A stretch of DNA of 64,000 nucleotides from Octopus sinensis (GCF_006345805.1 NC_042998.1:196044001-196108000); one strand, 5' to 3'. Numbered from the stretch's first letter, positions 50,187 through 63,622 are shown. The notes: generated by a model from the sequence alone, not told the origin. Translations and numbers: made by a program.

Positions 50187-50488
50187 TGTATGTATAGGTA
50201 TAGATATATACACACATACACGTATGTATTGATTACTCAGTGTGTGTGTGTGTGTGTAATTAATTGTTTATATAAAGACATATATACAATTTATACAAAA
50301 TAATTTAACAGTAAACAGGTTTAGTCAATACTTTTCAGTAAAGTACATATTTAAAACTTTTACAGGGAAAAGGTTGATAGTGACTTTGAAGTGCCAACTT
50401 GTTCGTCTTCAAACGCGCGCGCACACGCACACACAAAATATATTATATACATTATTTTATGTGTGTATGTGTGTGCGTGTGTGTGTGT

Positions 50489-50765
50489 GGAGGCGCAATG
50501 GCCCAGTGGTTAGGGCAGCGGACACGCGGTTTCGATTCCCAGACCGGGCGTTGTGTGTGTTTATTGAGCGAAAACACCTGAAAACCCCACGAGGCCCTGG
50601 CAGAGGGGGGTGGCGACTTTCTAGCTCTCCCTCTTCCTGCTTCTTGAGTAACGCTGTGATGGACTGGCGTCCCGTCCAGCTGGGGGAGGGGGATCACATA
50701 CGCCACAGAAACCGGGAAACCGGGCCCATGAGCCTGGCTAGGCTTGAAAAAGGGCAACGTTTATC
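50489..50765 (+). mobile_element. SINE family F head with V-domain-like body
   Basis: gctgtgatggactggcgtcccgtccag...cagaaaccggg resembles V-SINE-type central domains. Confidence 0.55.
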
Positions 50766-52876
50766 GTTTATATATATATATAAGCAAACACACCCATTGC
50801 TGTGTGTATATTTCTCTGTTGCTTGTTTATCAAACCCATCGGGGAGGCGGGAGGGCAAGTGGTATGGCGTGGGTTTCAGTTGTCCCGGTGTTATCCGCAC
50901 ACCCACACCCATCATACCGCTACGCCACTGAAGGGAGATAAGCCTCGCTAACATGTAGCTTTTGTGTGTGTGTGTGTGTGTGTTTATAGTACTGTGAATT
51001 ATTATGAAGTAGATTGTGATTTTGATGTAAGCCTCATCGACAAGTCTTTGTGTAGTGTGTTGTGTGTGTGGATGTGAATGTGTGTGTGTGTGTGTGTGTG
51101 GATGTGAGTGTGTGTGTGTGTGTGGTGTGTGTGTGTGTGTATACTATCATTTAATTATTAGTTTTTTTTTTAAACATTCTTTTCAACTGTCTACAAACAG
51201 CCAGTTTGAAATAATCCATTCTTCGAGGAGTGAATAAAAAATACTAAAACTTGAGGGGATGGGCCCCCATATAGAGATTCAAATGGCGCAGGGGCCCGCT
51301 TGCCATCGGGCAAGCTGGCAACCTGGCCAGTCCCGCCGCTGCGTGAAAGCATGGGAAAGTGGACGTTAAAATGGTGGTGATGACGATAGCGATGACAACG
51401 ATGATGATGCTGACAGGTTTTGGGTTGGAGCCATACAGTAGCGATCCAATGTTATATAGTTTCTCTGGTTAGATCGATAAAGTGTTTGTATGATGTTGGG
51501 GCAAAATAGTTTTTAAGGCGGTGGATCGGCATCTCACAAAATGGCCCGTGGCTTTCGTTCCAGATCTTTATATTTCTGAGTCCAAATCCCATCAAGGTTT
51601 CTACTCTTTGCTTCTCAGCCTTCTTCTTTTTCCTTTGTTGGATAGCATCGCAGTGAACAATACCAGACTTTTTCAGATGACTCCTAGGTGAGGTTTAGCT
51701 ATGGTTTCTAGCAGATCAAGCGACCACATAGTGGCCCTGTCGTTTGGTTCGTTCAGACAAAGCTGAAATGCCGTGAAGTCGTGCTTTCGTTGTGATGTTA
51801 TGCAGCTTTCCACATTGGTTTCATGGCGCAGTTGTTGATGACCGAATTGGCTTTAATTGAAAGTTTGTTCAGCAAAGGACATCGATAGAATAAGTACGAG
51901 ACTTAAAAATAAAAATGCACTGGGTGTCGATTCATACAAATAAATTCTTCAAGCTGGTGCCCCAGCATGGCCGCAGTCTCTTGCCTGAAACAAATAAAAA
52001 CTAACAAGTAACAAATACATCTTGTAATAGAGCGCGGCAGAAAAACCTCCCATGTTTTATGTGACAATTGAATCGACTCTGGTGAACTTAGACCAGTGAT
52101 ATAATTCTTTAATTGTAGCAAATGTCTTACCGTTTTTTTCTCCTTCAATTACCTTCTTGTTTGTCCATTGTGCGTTTGCTGTTGAACCGCTTTATCACCA
52201 ACGGGGAATCGGAAGTTTTTCTTCATCTCTTATTGTCGCACAATGTATTTTCACAGCCTGATTGAGTTAAACGGTTAAGTGGAAATTTTAGCATCATCGT
52301 TTAACAACCGCTTTCCATGCTGGCATGGGTTGGACGATTTGACTGAGGACTGGCGAACCAGATGGCTGCACCAGGCTCCAGTCTGATCTGGCAGAGTTTT
52401 ATCGTCGTGATTATCAATAAGTGACCTTCAAATGTGATTCTATGCACCTATTTCCGATATTTAAAAAATCTTTTTTTCCAATTTTTTTTCGGATTTCTAT
52501 GTTTTCGATATAGGAGAATACTATTTTACCCCAGAACCACGTTTTCAAAATTTTTATTTACCCCTCCCCATTTTCTTAATTTAAACTTTTTTTCGAATTC
52601 TCTTTTTTAATCCTCGTATAAAAATACAGAGATTACGAATCAGGGAAATTTTTAAAAATTCTGAAAGGAACACTAAAGGCCCCTTCCCTCACGTCGTCCA
52701 CCCATCATCTGCTTGCTTTCAAAAAGCTAAAAATGTCGGATGTTTCCCTTTCGTCTAATGGATGGTGTGCACGCGATTTACCTTCACCGTATGTTCTAGG
52801 ACCAAGCAATAACTTTATTTCCTGGATAAATAATTGGTGATCAATGAGAATCGCTTTGAAGGTAAAACCAATCTCA

Positions 52877-53660
52877 AAGCGGCGAACTGGCAGAATCGTT
52901 AGCAGGTTGGGCGAAATGCTTAGCAGTATTTCGTCTGCCGTTACGTTCTGAGTTCAAATTCCACCGAAGTCGACTTTGCCTTTCATCCTGTCGGGATCGA
53001 TAAATTAAGTACTAGTTACGCACTGGGGTCGATATAATCGACTTAATCCCTTTGTCTGTCCTTGTTTGTCCTCTCTGTGTTTAGCCCCTTGTGGGTAGTA
53101 AAGAAATAGGTATTTCGTCTGCCGTTACGTTCTGAGTTCAAATTCCGCCGAGGTCGACTTTGCCTTTCATCCTTTCGGGATCGATTAAATAAGTACCAGT
53201 TGCGTACTGGGGTCGATCTAATCGACTTAATCCCTTTGTCTGTCCTTGTTTGTCCCCTCTCTGTGTTTAGCCCCTTGTGGGTAGTAAAGAAATAGGTATT
53301 CGTCTGCCGTTACGTTCTGAGTTCAAATTCCGCCGAGGTCGCTTTGCCTTTCATCCTTTCGGGATCGATTAATAAGTACCAGTTGCGTACTGGGGTCGAT
53401 CTAATCGACTTAATCCCTTTGTCTGTCCTTGTTTGTCCCTCTCTGTGTTTAAGCCCCTTGTGGGTAGTAAAGAAATAGGTATTTCGTCTGCCGTTACGTT
53501 CTGAGTTCAAATTCCGCCGAGGTCGACTTTGCCTTTCATCCTTTCGGGATCGATTAAATAAGTACCAGTTGCGTACTGGGGTCGATCTAATCGACTTAAT
53601 CCCTTTGTCTGTCCTTGTTTGTCCCCTCTGTGTTTAGCCCCTTGTGGGTAGTAAAGAAAT
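52877..53660 (+). mobile_element. SINE-B tetramer (~184-bp units) ending in the Tx1-like tail, 17-bp TSD
   Basis: TSD aggtaaaaccaatctca at 52860-52876 and 53661-53677; four B-boxes, four tails, one A-box head. Confidence 0.9.
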
Positions 53661-53872
53661 AGGTAAAACCAATCTCATTTTTAAGAGAAAAGGAGTTATT
53701 TCCCTTGAATAACAGTTCCGAATAGAAATGGATTTCTTTCACAGATTTCTGATCTCTGGGTCGATACTTCAATCTGAATATTTTCTACCAGTCTATCCAC
53801 CCCGCCCGTCACTTTCTTTCTTCTTACCAACTCTCACGTTGTGTGTGCGTATGTGTATGTATTATTTAATGG

Positions 53873-54120
53873 CACTCCGTCGGTTGCGACGACGAGGGTT
53901 CCAGTTGATCCGATCAACGGAACAGCCTGCTCATGAAATTAACGTGCAAGTGGCTGAGTACTCCACAGACACGTGTACACATAACGTAGTTCTCGGGGGA
54001 GATTCAGCGTGACACAGAGTGTGACAAGGCCGGCCCTTTGAAATACAGGTACAACTCATTTTTGTCAGCTGTGTGGGCTGGAGCGAACGCGAAACAAAGT
54101 GTCTCGCTCAAGCCATGAAC
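53873..54120 (-). mobile_element. SINE family D copy
   Basis: Family tail and body on the minus strand. Confidence 0.8.
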
Positions 54121-54504
54121 CGTACTCACATGAACCGTATAATCCTAATCACGAAGTGACGTGCTTCCACATATGTTATATATAGATGTGTGTGTGTGCT
54201 GTGTTGATATCTATCTATATATCTATCTAAAATTATAATTTAGGGTATCTAAGAGATACCACCACGCTAGAAATAGCAGCCAAAACTTGACTCTAAAACC
54301 ACATTAAAATGTTCATACAGCACCAGGAGAGAAGACAAAGTGACAAAATAAACTAGCCAAAAAATTACTGGATAATTCCAGATCCCGGATTTCTGGCTCT
54401 GCATAAGAAATGCTTTGCCTCTTCAGTGGAATATACACAGCACATAAATGCATATATATATATAACATAGGAATACTTACATATATGAACGTATACATAC
54501 ATAT

Positions 54505-54772
54505 ATTTGAACTCAGAACGTAAAAACAGACGAAATACCTATTTCTTTACTACCCACAAGGGGCTAAACACAGAGGGGACAGACAAGGACAGACAAACGG
54601 ATTAAGTCGATTATATCGACCCCAGTGCGAATCTGGTACTTAATTTATCGACCCCGAAAGGCTGAAAGGCAATGTCAACCTCGGCGGAATTTGAACTCAG
54701 AACGTAACGGCAGACGAAATACCGCTAAGCATTTTGCCCGGCGTGCTAACGTTTCTGCCAGCTCGCCACCTT
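54505..54772 (-). mobile_element. SINE-B: one unit plus a partial second unit
   Basis: Family sequence. Confidence 0.85.
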
Positions 54773-56516
54773 ACAATAAAGTTCGTTATTAATAAATCAC
54801 TATTTGTTCTTATAACGTTTATTTGAATAAGGTCGAGAGTTTGTCGGTTGCTATCTCAGTACTTATGTTGCTATCGAGATAAAAGTTCTTTTTGCCAGGT
54901 CACGAGAAGCAACAGAGTAGAACAAATCACTTGGAAAAGCCATTTTGATACAACGTTAATAAATTATGCAGCTTCAGGAAGTTTGGTCGTTAAAAATCAC
55001 TTAGACTGAACCCTAAGGTAGCGATTTCGAATCTTCACAAATCACCACCACCACCATCGCCCAAATTTTAATGAGATTAAATGAAGAGATAATGTGTTTT
55101 GGAGGAAGAGAATGTATTCATACATGTAATTTATGAATTATTTCTAATTCAGACACAAGGGCAAGAATTTTGAGGGACGGGGTTACTTAAAACGCGTCCA
55201 GTTCTTGGCTGTTACTTTATTCTATCGACCCTGGAAGGATGAAAGGTAAAGTTGTTCTCGGCAGGATTTGAACGCAGGAAGTTGATGAAAGCAGTTTTTT
55301 GTTTTAGGCAGTTTTCTTTATAGAGAAGGAAAGAAAGAAAAATAAAGTGTTAAAAGTATAAAAAATAAAATTATCGAGAGAAAAAAAAACCCATCAGTAC
55401 CCCCCCCCCCCCAAGGAAAAAAGTGGCTGGGGATTAAAGAGGGGAAATGGAGTAATGTGTTGTTATAGGGCAAATGGCACGTTCAGCCACACCACGGAGC
55501 CATGATTGCAAAGGTATTGCCGCAGGGAATGGTCAGTGACACTCACTGCAACCGCTACTCCAGCTCGCAGGACTCATTTCTCAAGCGGGCCGCAGCTATC
55601 CCGATTTTCAGAAGTGCAGGCCCGAGAAGATTTATCCCGCGTAATCCAGGGATTTGGACAATGAGGAAGCTTTGATTGGGTAACTCTAGCTGCTAGAAAT
55701 AACAGCCAGTATATCCCTGAAACCACACCTTGGTATAAAAAAAACAAAAAAAAACAAGGATGTGTTACAACCCTTAAAACATTAAATTAAGAAAGAAAAA
55801 AATCATGACTGGAAGTCTTTGATCATAAATTTGCTCCTTCAGAGTTAATCCTGGGCGAAACAAAACCCTTTCTCGTTGGTACAAAGCCTGAAATTTTGGT
55901 GGAAGAAACCAGTCGATTCCTTCGACTTCAGTACTCAACAGGTTCTTATTTCATCAACTCCAAAAGGATAAAAGGCAAAATCGACCTCGACGGAATTCGA
56001 ACTTAGAACATAAAGACTCACGAAACGCTGCTATGCAGTTTCTCCGGCGCGCTAACGATTCTGCCAACTCGCCGCCTCCATATACTCACGAGTGATTACA
56101 ATAACCGCCAAAATACAAGTTATCTCCCTTGCATTATATGGTTGCAGTGGTTATTCATACGAACTGATGAAGTTATCTCCCTTGTATTAAAAATTTCCTT
56201 TATCTCTGCTCGCCTAGTTTTTAGCTGTTCGTCACGGTTGATTGACGTTCCTGTGAATATATTTCTGCGATAGATATCTGAATCAAGTTTATTATATATT
56301 CTTTAATATTCACATTTAATCATGTACTTTATATGCACTTTCTGACAAGTTGTGGTGCATCTGAGCACTGTATACAATAATTTCATTATTATTATTATTA
56401 TTATAATCATGTTCACACCAGTTTCTTCTGTGGAGCATCATGTCCGCATTTCAGTTATTATTAAGGATCTTTTTCTTTAGGTTGCCTCAGTTTCATGAGA
56501 CTTTTTGGTGGAAGTC

Positions 56517-57446
56517 AAGGCGGCGAGCTGGCAGAATCGTTAGCACGCCGGGCGAAATGCTTCGCGATATTTCGTCTGCCGTTACGTTCTGAGTTCAAAT
56601 TCCGCCGAGGTCGACTTTGCCTTTCATCCTTTCGGGGTCGATAAATTAAGTACTAGTGAAACACTGGGTTCGATGTAATCGACTTAATCCGTTTGTCTGT
56701 CCTTGTTTGTCCTCTCTGTTTTTATCCCCTTGTGGGTAGTAAAGAAATAGGTATTTCGTCTGCCGTTACGTTTTGAGTTCAAACTCCGCCGAGGTCGACT
56801 TTGTCTTTCGTCCTTTCGGGGTCGATAAATTAAGTACCAGTTACGCACTGGGGTCGATGTAATCGACTTAATCCGTTTGTCTGTCCTTGTTTGTCCTCTC
56901 TGTTTTTAGACCCTTGTGGGTAGTAAAGGAATAGGTATTTCGTCTGTCTTTACGTTCTGAGTTCAAATTCCGCCGAGGTCGACTTTGCCTTTCATCCTTT
57001 CGGGGTCGATAAATTAAGTACCAGTTACGCACTGGGATCGATGTAATCGACTTAATCCGTTTGTCTGTCCTTGTTTGTCCCCTCTGTGTTTAGCCCCTTG
57101 TGGGTAGTGAAGAAATAGGTATTTCGTCTGCCGTTACGTTCTGAGTTCAAACTCCGCCGAGGTCGACTTTGTCTTTCGTCCTTTCGGGGTCGATAAATTA
57201 AGTACCAGTTACGCACTGGGGTCGATGTAATCGACTTAATCCGTTTGTCTGTCTTTGTTTAGCCCCTTTGTGGGTAGTAAAGAAATAGGTATTTCGTCTG
57301 CCGTCACGTTCTGAGTTCAAATTCGACTTTGCCTTTCATCCTTTCGGGGTCAATAAATTAAGGACCAGTTGCGAACTGGGGGCGATCCAATCGACTGGAC
57401 CCCTCCCTAAAAATTTCGGGTCTTGTGATTAGAGTAGAAAAGAATA
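56517..57446 (+). mobile_element. SINE-B pentamer with terminal tail 0, 13-bp TSD
   Basis: TSD tttggtggaagtc at 56504-56516 and 57447-57459; five B-boxes, four internal Tx1-like tails. Confidence 0.9.
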
Positions 57447-57669
57447 TTTGGTGGAAGTCGTTGTTGTTTAGTCCCACGTCTGACCTCACTGAACATAACT
57501 AGTCGCTCTAGCCGTGACCATCCTGTGTAATTTTAATTCTTAAGTTACAAATGTATGGGTGTGCTCCCTCCTACTTTGTTACCTCTTACTTTTCTTTAAA
57601 AAATGCATATTTTTTATAAAATTTTCCACAAATACATTTCAAATGATGTAGATTACAATTATATCGGAA

Positions 57670-58035
57670 TGTAAGTAGCTTGTTTACCAATCATATGGTC
57701 CCGGGTTCAGTCCCACTGCGTGACACCTTGAGCAAGTGTCTTCTACTATAGCCCTGGGCCGACCAAAGCCTTGTAGCGGATTTGGTAGATGGAAACTGGA
57801 AGAAGCCCATCGTATATATGTATATATATATGTGTGTGTTTGTGTTTGTTCCCCCAACACTGACTGACAACCAATGCTGGTGTGTTTACATCCCCGTAAC
57901 TTAGCGGTTCGGGAAAAGAGACCGATAGAATAAGTACTAGGCTTACAAATAATGAGTCCTGGGGTCGATTTTCTCGACTAAAGGCGGTGCTCCAGCATGG
58001 CCACAGGCACACGACTGAAACAAGTAAAAGAGTTG
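57670..58035 (+). mobile_element. SINE family A copy
   Basis: Family sequence. Confidence 0.85.
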
Positions 58036-58280
58036 CTAGTTACGTTTCACCGTTGCAGTCGTTTGAACCCCAGCATTGGTGGTTCCATGTGTATTTGGAT
58101 ACCTAACCTCAATGGATCTCTGAGTGCAATAACGTCTTCCCCTGGTGATCCATTGCGGTTAGGCATCTAAAAACACATGGAACCACCAATGCTGAGGTCC
58201 AAACAACTGGTGTGGAGAAACGTAAAGCAGGAACTAACAATTTATATTTGTGCTCCCTTTAATTCCCTCCCCCCACTAAA

Positions 58281-58630
58281 TCATCATCATCATCATCATC
58301 GTTTAACGTCAGCTTTCCATGCTAGCATGGGTTGGACGATTTTGACTGAGGTCTGGCGAACCAGACTCCAATCTGATCTGGCAGAGTTTCTACGGCTGGA
58401 TGCCTTTCCTAACGCCAACCACTCCGAGAGTGTAGTGGGTGCTTTTTACATGCCACCGGCACGAGGGCCAGTTTGGTGGTACTGGCAACAACCTCGCTCG
58501 AATGTTTTTCACGTGCCACCAGCACAGGTGCCAGTAAGGCGACACAGGTAACGATCACACTTGAATGGTGAGTTTAATGTGCTATCGGCACAAAGGCCAT
58601 CTTGTTGCTCTGGCAACGATCTCACTCACA
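58281..58630 (-). mobile_element. RTE LINE 3' UTR fragment
   Basis: (CAT)n tail plus family sequence with internal ~60-bp repeats. Confidence 0.7.
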
Positions 58631-58748
58631 GTGATAGACTATCCACCATACTGGGAACTGACTGGATAAGGATAATCCATGGCAGAACAAAACAAGGCAA
58701 AGAAAATTTGAATAAACTTTATTTTCGAAAATTACTAATTCTTAATTC

Positions 58749-59102
58749 CACAACGTGAGATATTCGGCAGCAGTACTTTGTAGTAAAGATTATTTGCCAA
58801 CATAACATGGTAGTCCTGGTTTAGGACAAATGTTGCTGTAATTTAGCCCCAGGAGACATCATCTCCAGCTGGCTATATGACACAATCTGTGTCCTTATAT
58901 TTTCAAACAAGGGAATCTAGCACCCCCATTCAGCTCAAAACAATATCCGTGTATCACGATTTCTGGGTTATTTTCCTTCATCAGCACGGAATAATTGTTC
59001 GGCTAGAGGTGGCGCTGCCAAATTCCCTGAACCAGGACTGCCGTGTTATGTTGGCAAACAATCTTTACTCCAAGATACTGTTGCTGAATATCTCTCGTTG
59101 TG
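58749..59102. mobile_element. MITE-like element with ~75-bp TIRs
   Basis: cacaacgtgagatattc...cctggttt versus gaaccagg...gaatatctctcgttgtg. Confidence 0.6.
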
Positions 59103-60404
59103 AGATTTTAAAAATAGTAATTTTCTAATTTACAGATCAGTGACTAGTTGTCACTTTGAAAACTATATATTTCGAACGGGAATTTGGCAGCGTAAGGATA
59201 CAGATCGTGTCATGTAGCCAGCTGAAATTAGGCGGGCCATTCAGAAAGCATCGTGGGCCGCAGTTTGCTCATGACTGATTTATGTGGAGCTATAACTCAT
59301 AAAGTTGTAGTCGTACACACACACACACACATGATTAAGATGCAGTGATTTTGCTGAAATGTAAAAAATCCTTAAAACTCGTTCAATTAAGTCCGTTTTC
59401 TTCTCACAATAACGAAGCATTTGAAGCGTTACGAATTATTAAACAACGGCGTTCAAGTGACATCGGAGTTAATAATGAAGGCGGAAATGCTTGACGGAAC
59501 CTTTTCAATGTGTGTCTGTGTCTTTAGAATTAAACAAGGAAGCTATGTTAATGTTGCGTTGAGTGACTAACAATGATCAGCTAGGCACCAACCGTATCAA
59601 ACATTACCAATCCTCGATGGCCACCTCATCGAGTCTTCTCTTCCTAAAAATCAACCGTTGACCAAATTATGTGAAATACTAAAAGTGTTACTCACATCAC
59701 TTATCAACTTTATCAGGGAGTTTCGTGACTCCTGTCAGATTCACGAAGGGCTTTATACATCGTCCTTCAACTGAGTCGTACGAGCTAGTAGATATAGCAG
59801 CTAAATCTCCCTCGAATCACACCCTACCATCTTATGTATATTGAGTGTGTTACCCGTCATATAACGATGGAAAACTTTGGAAGAATACTTTTGCCACTTT
59901 GATTGATATCAGGAAATATGGCAGCTATTATTATAATGATTATAATTTAACCTTTCTCTAATCACTTGGTGTTTAAACAAAAAATGGTGAAATAATTAAT
60001 ACTAATTTTCAAAAGGAAAACATTTATTACTTCAAAGTAAAACAAATTTTAACTGCTAAATTATGGGGACATAAACAAACCAACCCAGGTTTTCAAGGGA
60101 TAGAGTGGGTACAAATACAAACATCCACACGTATGCGATGGACTTCCATGCAGTTTCCGTCTGCCATATTCACTCACAACCTGAGGCTTTCAGTGAGATT
60201 GAACCTGAAACAATGTGGTTGGAAAGCGAGCTGCTTAACCACAACCTCACATGCACAGATTATATTTTGAGGAAGATTGGCAGCAGATGTCCATCGCTAC
60301 AAGACTCTCCACTCCATGCCATAACCTCTGGACCCCTTTCATTGCTGTTTTACTCTGGAGGACCCACCCACCCCATTTGTGGTTTAAAAACTAGTTTTAT
60401 AGAT

Positions 60405-60905
60405 ACATCATCATCATCATCGTTTAACGTCCGCTTTCCATGCTGGCATGGGTTGGACGGTTCGACCGGGGTCTGGGAAGCCAGGACGTTGCACCAAGCT
60501 CCAGTCTGATCTGGCAGTGTTTCTACAGCTGGATGCCCATCCTAACACCAACCACCCCATGAGTGTAGTGGGTGCTTTTTACATGCCACCGGCACAGAGG
60601 CCAGAGGGGTTGGTGCTTTTTACGTGCTACCGGCACGGAGGCCAGTCAAGGCGGCGCTGGCAACAGCCATGTTCGAATGGTTCTTTTATGTGCCACTGGC
60701 ACTGGTATCACAACTACAATTTCCATTGATTTTTTGATCGATTTCGATTTCATTTGCCTCAACAGGTCTTCGCAAGCAGAGTTTTGTGTCCAAAGAAGGA
60801 AAGGTATGCATAAGTGGACTGGCTACATCCCAGGTAAAGGCCACGGGCTATGGTCTCACTTGTCCTGCCGGGTCTTCTCACGCACAGCATATTTCCATAC
60901 CTCTT
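60405..60905 (-). mobile_element. 5'-truncated RTE-clade LINE
   Basis: ORF end KEVWKYAVREKTRQDK* on the minus strand, long 3' UTR, (ATG)n tail. Confidence 0.7.
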
Positions 60906-61184
60906 TCAAAATTGCTATTGTCTTGTTCCCCAGCATAGATTTGCAACGGCATTCTCTGAGAGAATATTTCCGTAGCTGGAAGCGTGTCGAACTATGTAAA
61001 ACATCAGAGAAAGAAATTTTGTTGCTTCTTGCAATTAATACATCGAAAGCAATTTGTTTTCATGGACCCTTAAAATACAGTAATCCCTTGCCATATCACG
61101 GTTCGCCTGTCACGGTTTATCATTTAAGCTTACGTCAGTTCCTCTATGTTGTTGTTCTGCATTTATAATAAAATAAATATATTC

Positions 61185-61530
61185 TTTTATTTGTTTCAGT
61201 CATTTGACTGCGGCCATGCTGGAGCACTGCCTTTAGTCAAAGAAATCGACTTATTCTATCAGTCTCTTTTGCCGAACCGCTAAGTTATAGGGGACGTAAA
61301 CACTCCAGCACCGGTTGTCAAATGATGTTGGAAGGGGGACAAACATAAACACACACACACACACATACGACAGGCTTCTGTCAGTTTCCGTCTACCAAAT
61401 CCACTCCCAAGGCTTTGGTCGGCCCGAGGCTATAGTAGAAGACATTTGCCCAAGGTGCAACACAGTGGGACTGAACCCAGAACCATGTGGTTGGGAAGCA
61501 AGCTTCTTACCACACAGCCACGCCTTTGCC
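61185..61530 (-). mobile_element. SINE family A copy
   Basis: Family sequence. Confidence 0.85.
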
Positions 61531-61979
61531 TGAGTATATTGACTCCATTTCAGTACTCGACTGCTAAGTTATTATTTTTATCGATGTCGGCAGGATGAGA
61601 GGCAAAGCTGACCTCAATGAACAGATGTCACTACATCACAGTGTACATAAGTGTGTGGGCGAGGGTTTTAAAAAATGAAGTTGGCCTAATAACCATGCAA
61701 CGGCAAATGTGTCTCCTGCATAAAACTATTTCATCAAACTTAGAAACCACCAAATCCAAAATACTGTAACCCTTCGACTATCATGGGTGTTACATTCGGA
61801 AAAAACCCTGCGATATAAGTGAAAATCTACAAAGTAGAAACAGTACTGCCCTGTATATGTTTTTTATTATTTTTATAATTTGTATATATTTATTTTATTA
61901 TAAATGCAAAACAGTGCCACAGAGGAATTGATGTAAGCTTAAATAATAAACCCAAATAATAATATGGCGTGGGATTATT

Positions 61980-62392
61980 GTCATCATCATCATCATCATC
62001 ATCATCGTTTAATGTCCGTTTTCTATGCTGGCATGGGTTGGACAGTTAGACTGAGCATTGGCAAGCCAGAAGGCCTGCACAAGGCCCCAATCTGATCTGG
62101 CAAAGTTTCTACAGCTTGATGCCCTTCCTAACGCCAACCACTCCGAGAGTGTAGAGGGTGCTTTTTACATGCTACCATTGGCAGTACTACCTGACTGGCC
62201 CCCGTGCCGGTGGCACGTAAAATCATCCACTACACTCTTGGACTGCTATGCATTAGGAAGGGCATCCAGCTGTAGAAGCTCTGCCAGACCAGGATTGGAG
62301 CCTGGTGCAGCCATCTGGTTCACCAGCCCTCAGTCAAATCGTCCAACCCATGCTTGAATGGAAAGCGGACGTTAAACGATGATGATGATAAT
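61980..62392. mobile_element. Head-to-head pair of RTE 3' ends
   Basis: (CAT)n-reverse copy, short spacer, forward copy-(ATG)n. Confidence 0.8.
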
Positions 62393-62429
62393 GTATGTAT
62401 ATATATATATATGTATGTATATATATATG

Positions 62430-62476
<47 letters not shown>

Positions 62477-62596
62477 GTGTGTGTGTATGCATATATATGT
62501 ATCTAGGTATATATATATATATATATTATATATATATATATGTATATGTATGTAGGTATATATATATTATATATATACACACACACACACACACAC

Positions 62597-62645
<49 letters not shown>

Positions 62646-63191
62646 CCTACATACATACATGTATGTCTTCACCACCGCTTGGGAACTGTTGCTGGTGTGT
62701 TGACGCCCCCCTTAACCTAGCGGTTCGGCAAAAGACACCGACAGAATAAGTACCAAAGTTTTTTCTTTGACTAAAAACAAAAACTCATCAAGGCATTGCC
62801 CCAGCATGGCCGTAGTCTACTGACGGGAACGAGTAAAAGATAAAAGATAACCAAATTACATTTTCATCGATTAATTATAATGGTGTTGTTCTCGTTAGTA
62901 ACTAAGACTTATCGATTAATTATTTTGCAGTTGTATATATTACTGTCAATTATTGTTGTTGTATACATTGCAATTAGTTTTTTATTGATTAAACAATATT
63001 ACTAGTTATTATTGATTAATTACTATGCAGTTATGCATATTACAATTAATTTTCATTGATTAATTATCATACAGCTGTGTATGTATATATATATATACAT
63101 ATATATACATATATATATATATATATACATATATATATTATATACATATATATATATATACATACATACATATATATACATACATATATAC

Positions 63192-63265
<74 letters not shown>

Positions 63266-63404
63266 ATATATTGTTATCGCCATATTAATATGGCAGTCTT
63301 ATAGATATAATTTCCAGTAACACTGCCGTAATCTCTTTTAGAGAGACTTAGTAATTTTAATATTTCTATTATATATATATATATACATATATATATATAC
63401 ATAT

Positions 63405-63566
63405 ATAGGAGTGGCTGTGTGGTAAGTAGCTTGTCTACCAACCACATGGTCCCGGGTTCAGTCCCACTCTGTGGCACCTTGGGTAAGTGTCTTCTACTAT
63501 AGCCTCGGGCCGACCAAAGCCTTGTGAGTGGATTTGGTAGATGGATACTGAAAGAAGCCCGTCGTA

Positions 63567-63622
<56 letters not shown>

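Noticed and set aside
52877-57446. Regular ~184-bp arrays as CRISPR or tRNA gene clusters
   Set aside because: Units are identical repeats without unique spacers, there are no cas genes, the context is eukaryotic, and the heads are SINE-type with no complete cloverleaf or 3' end
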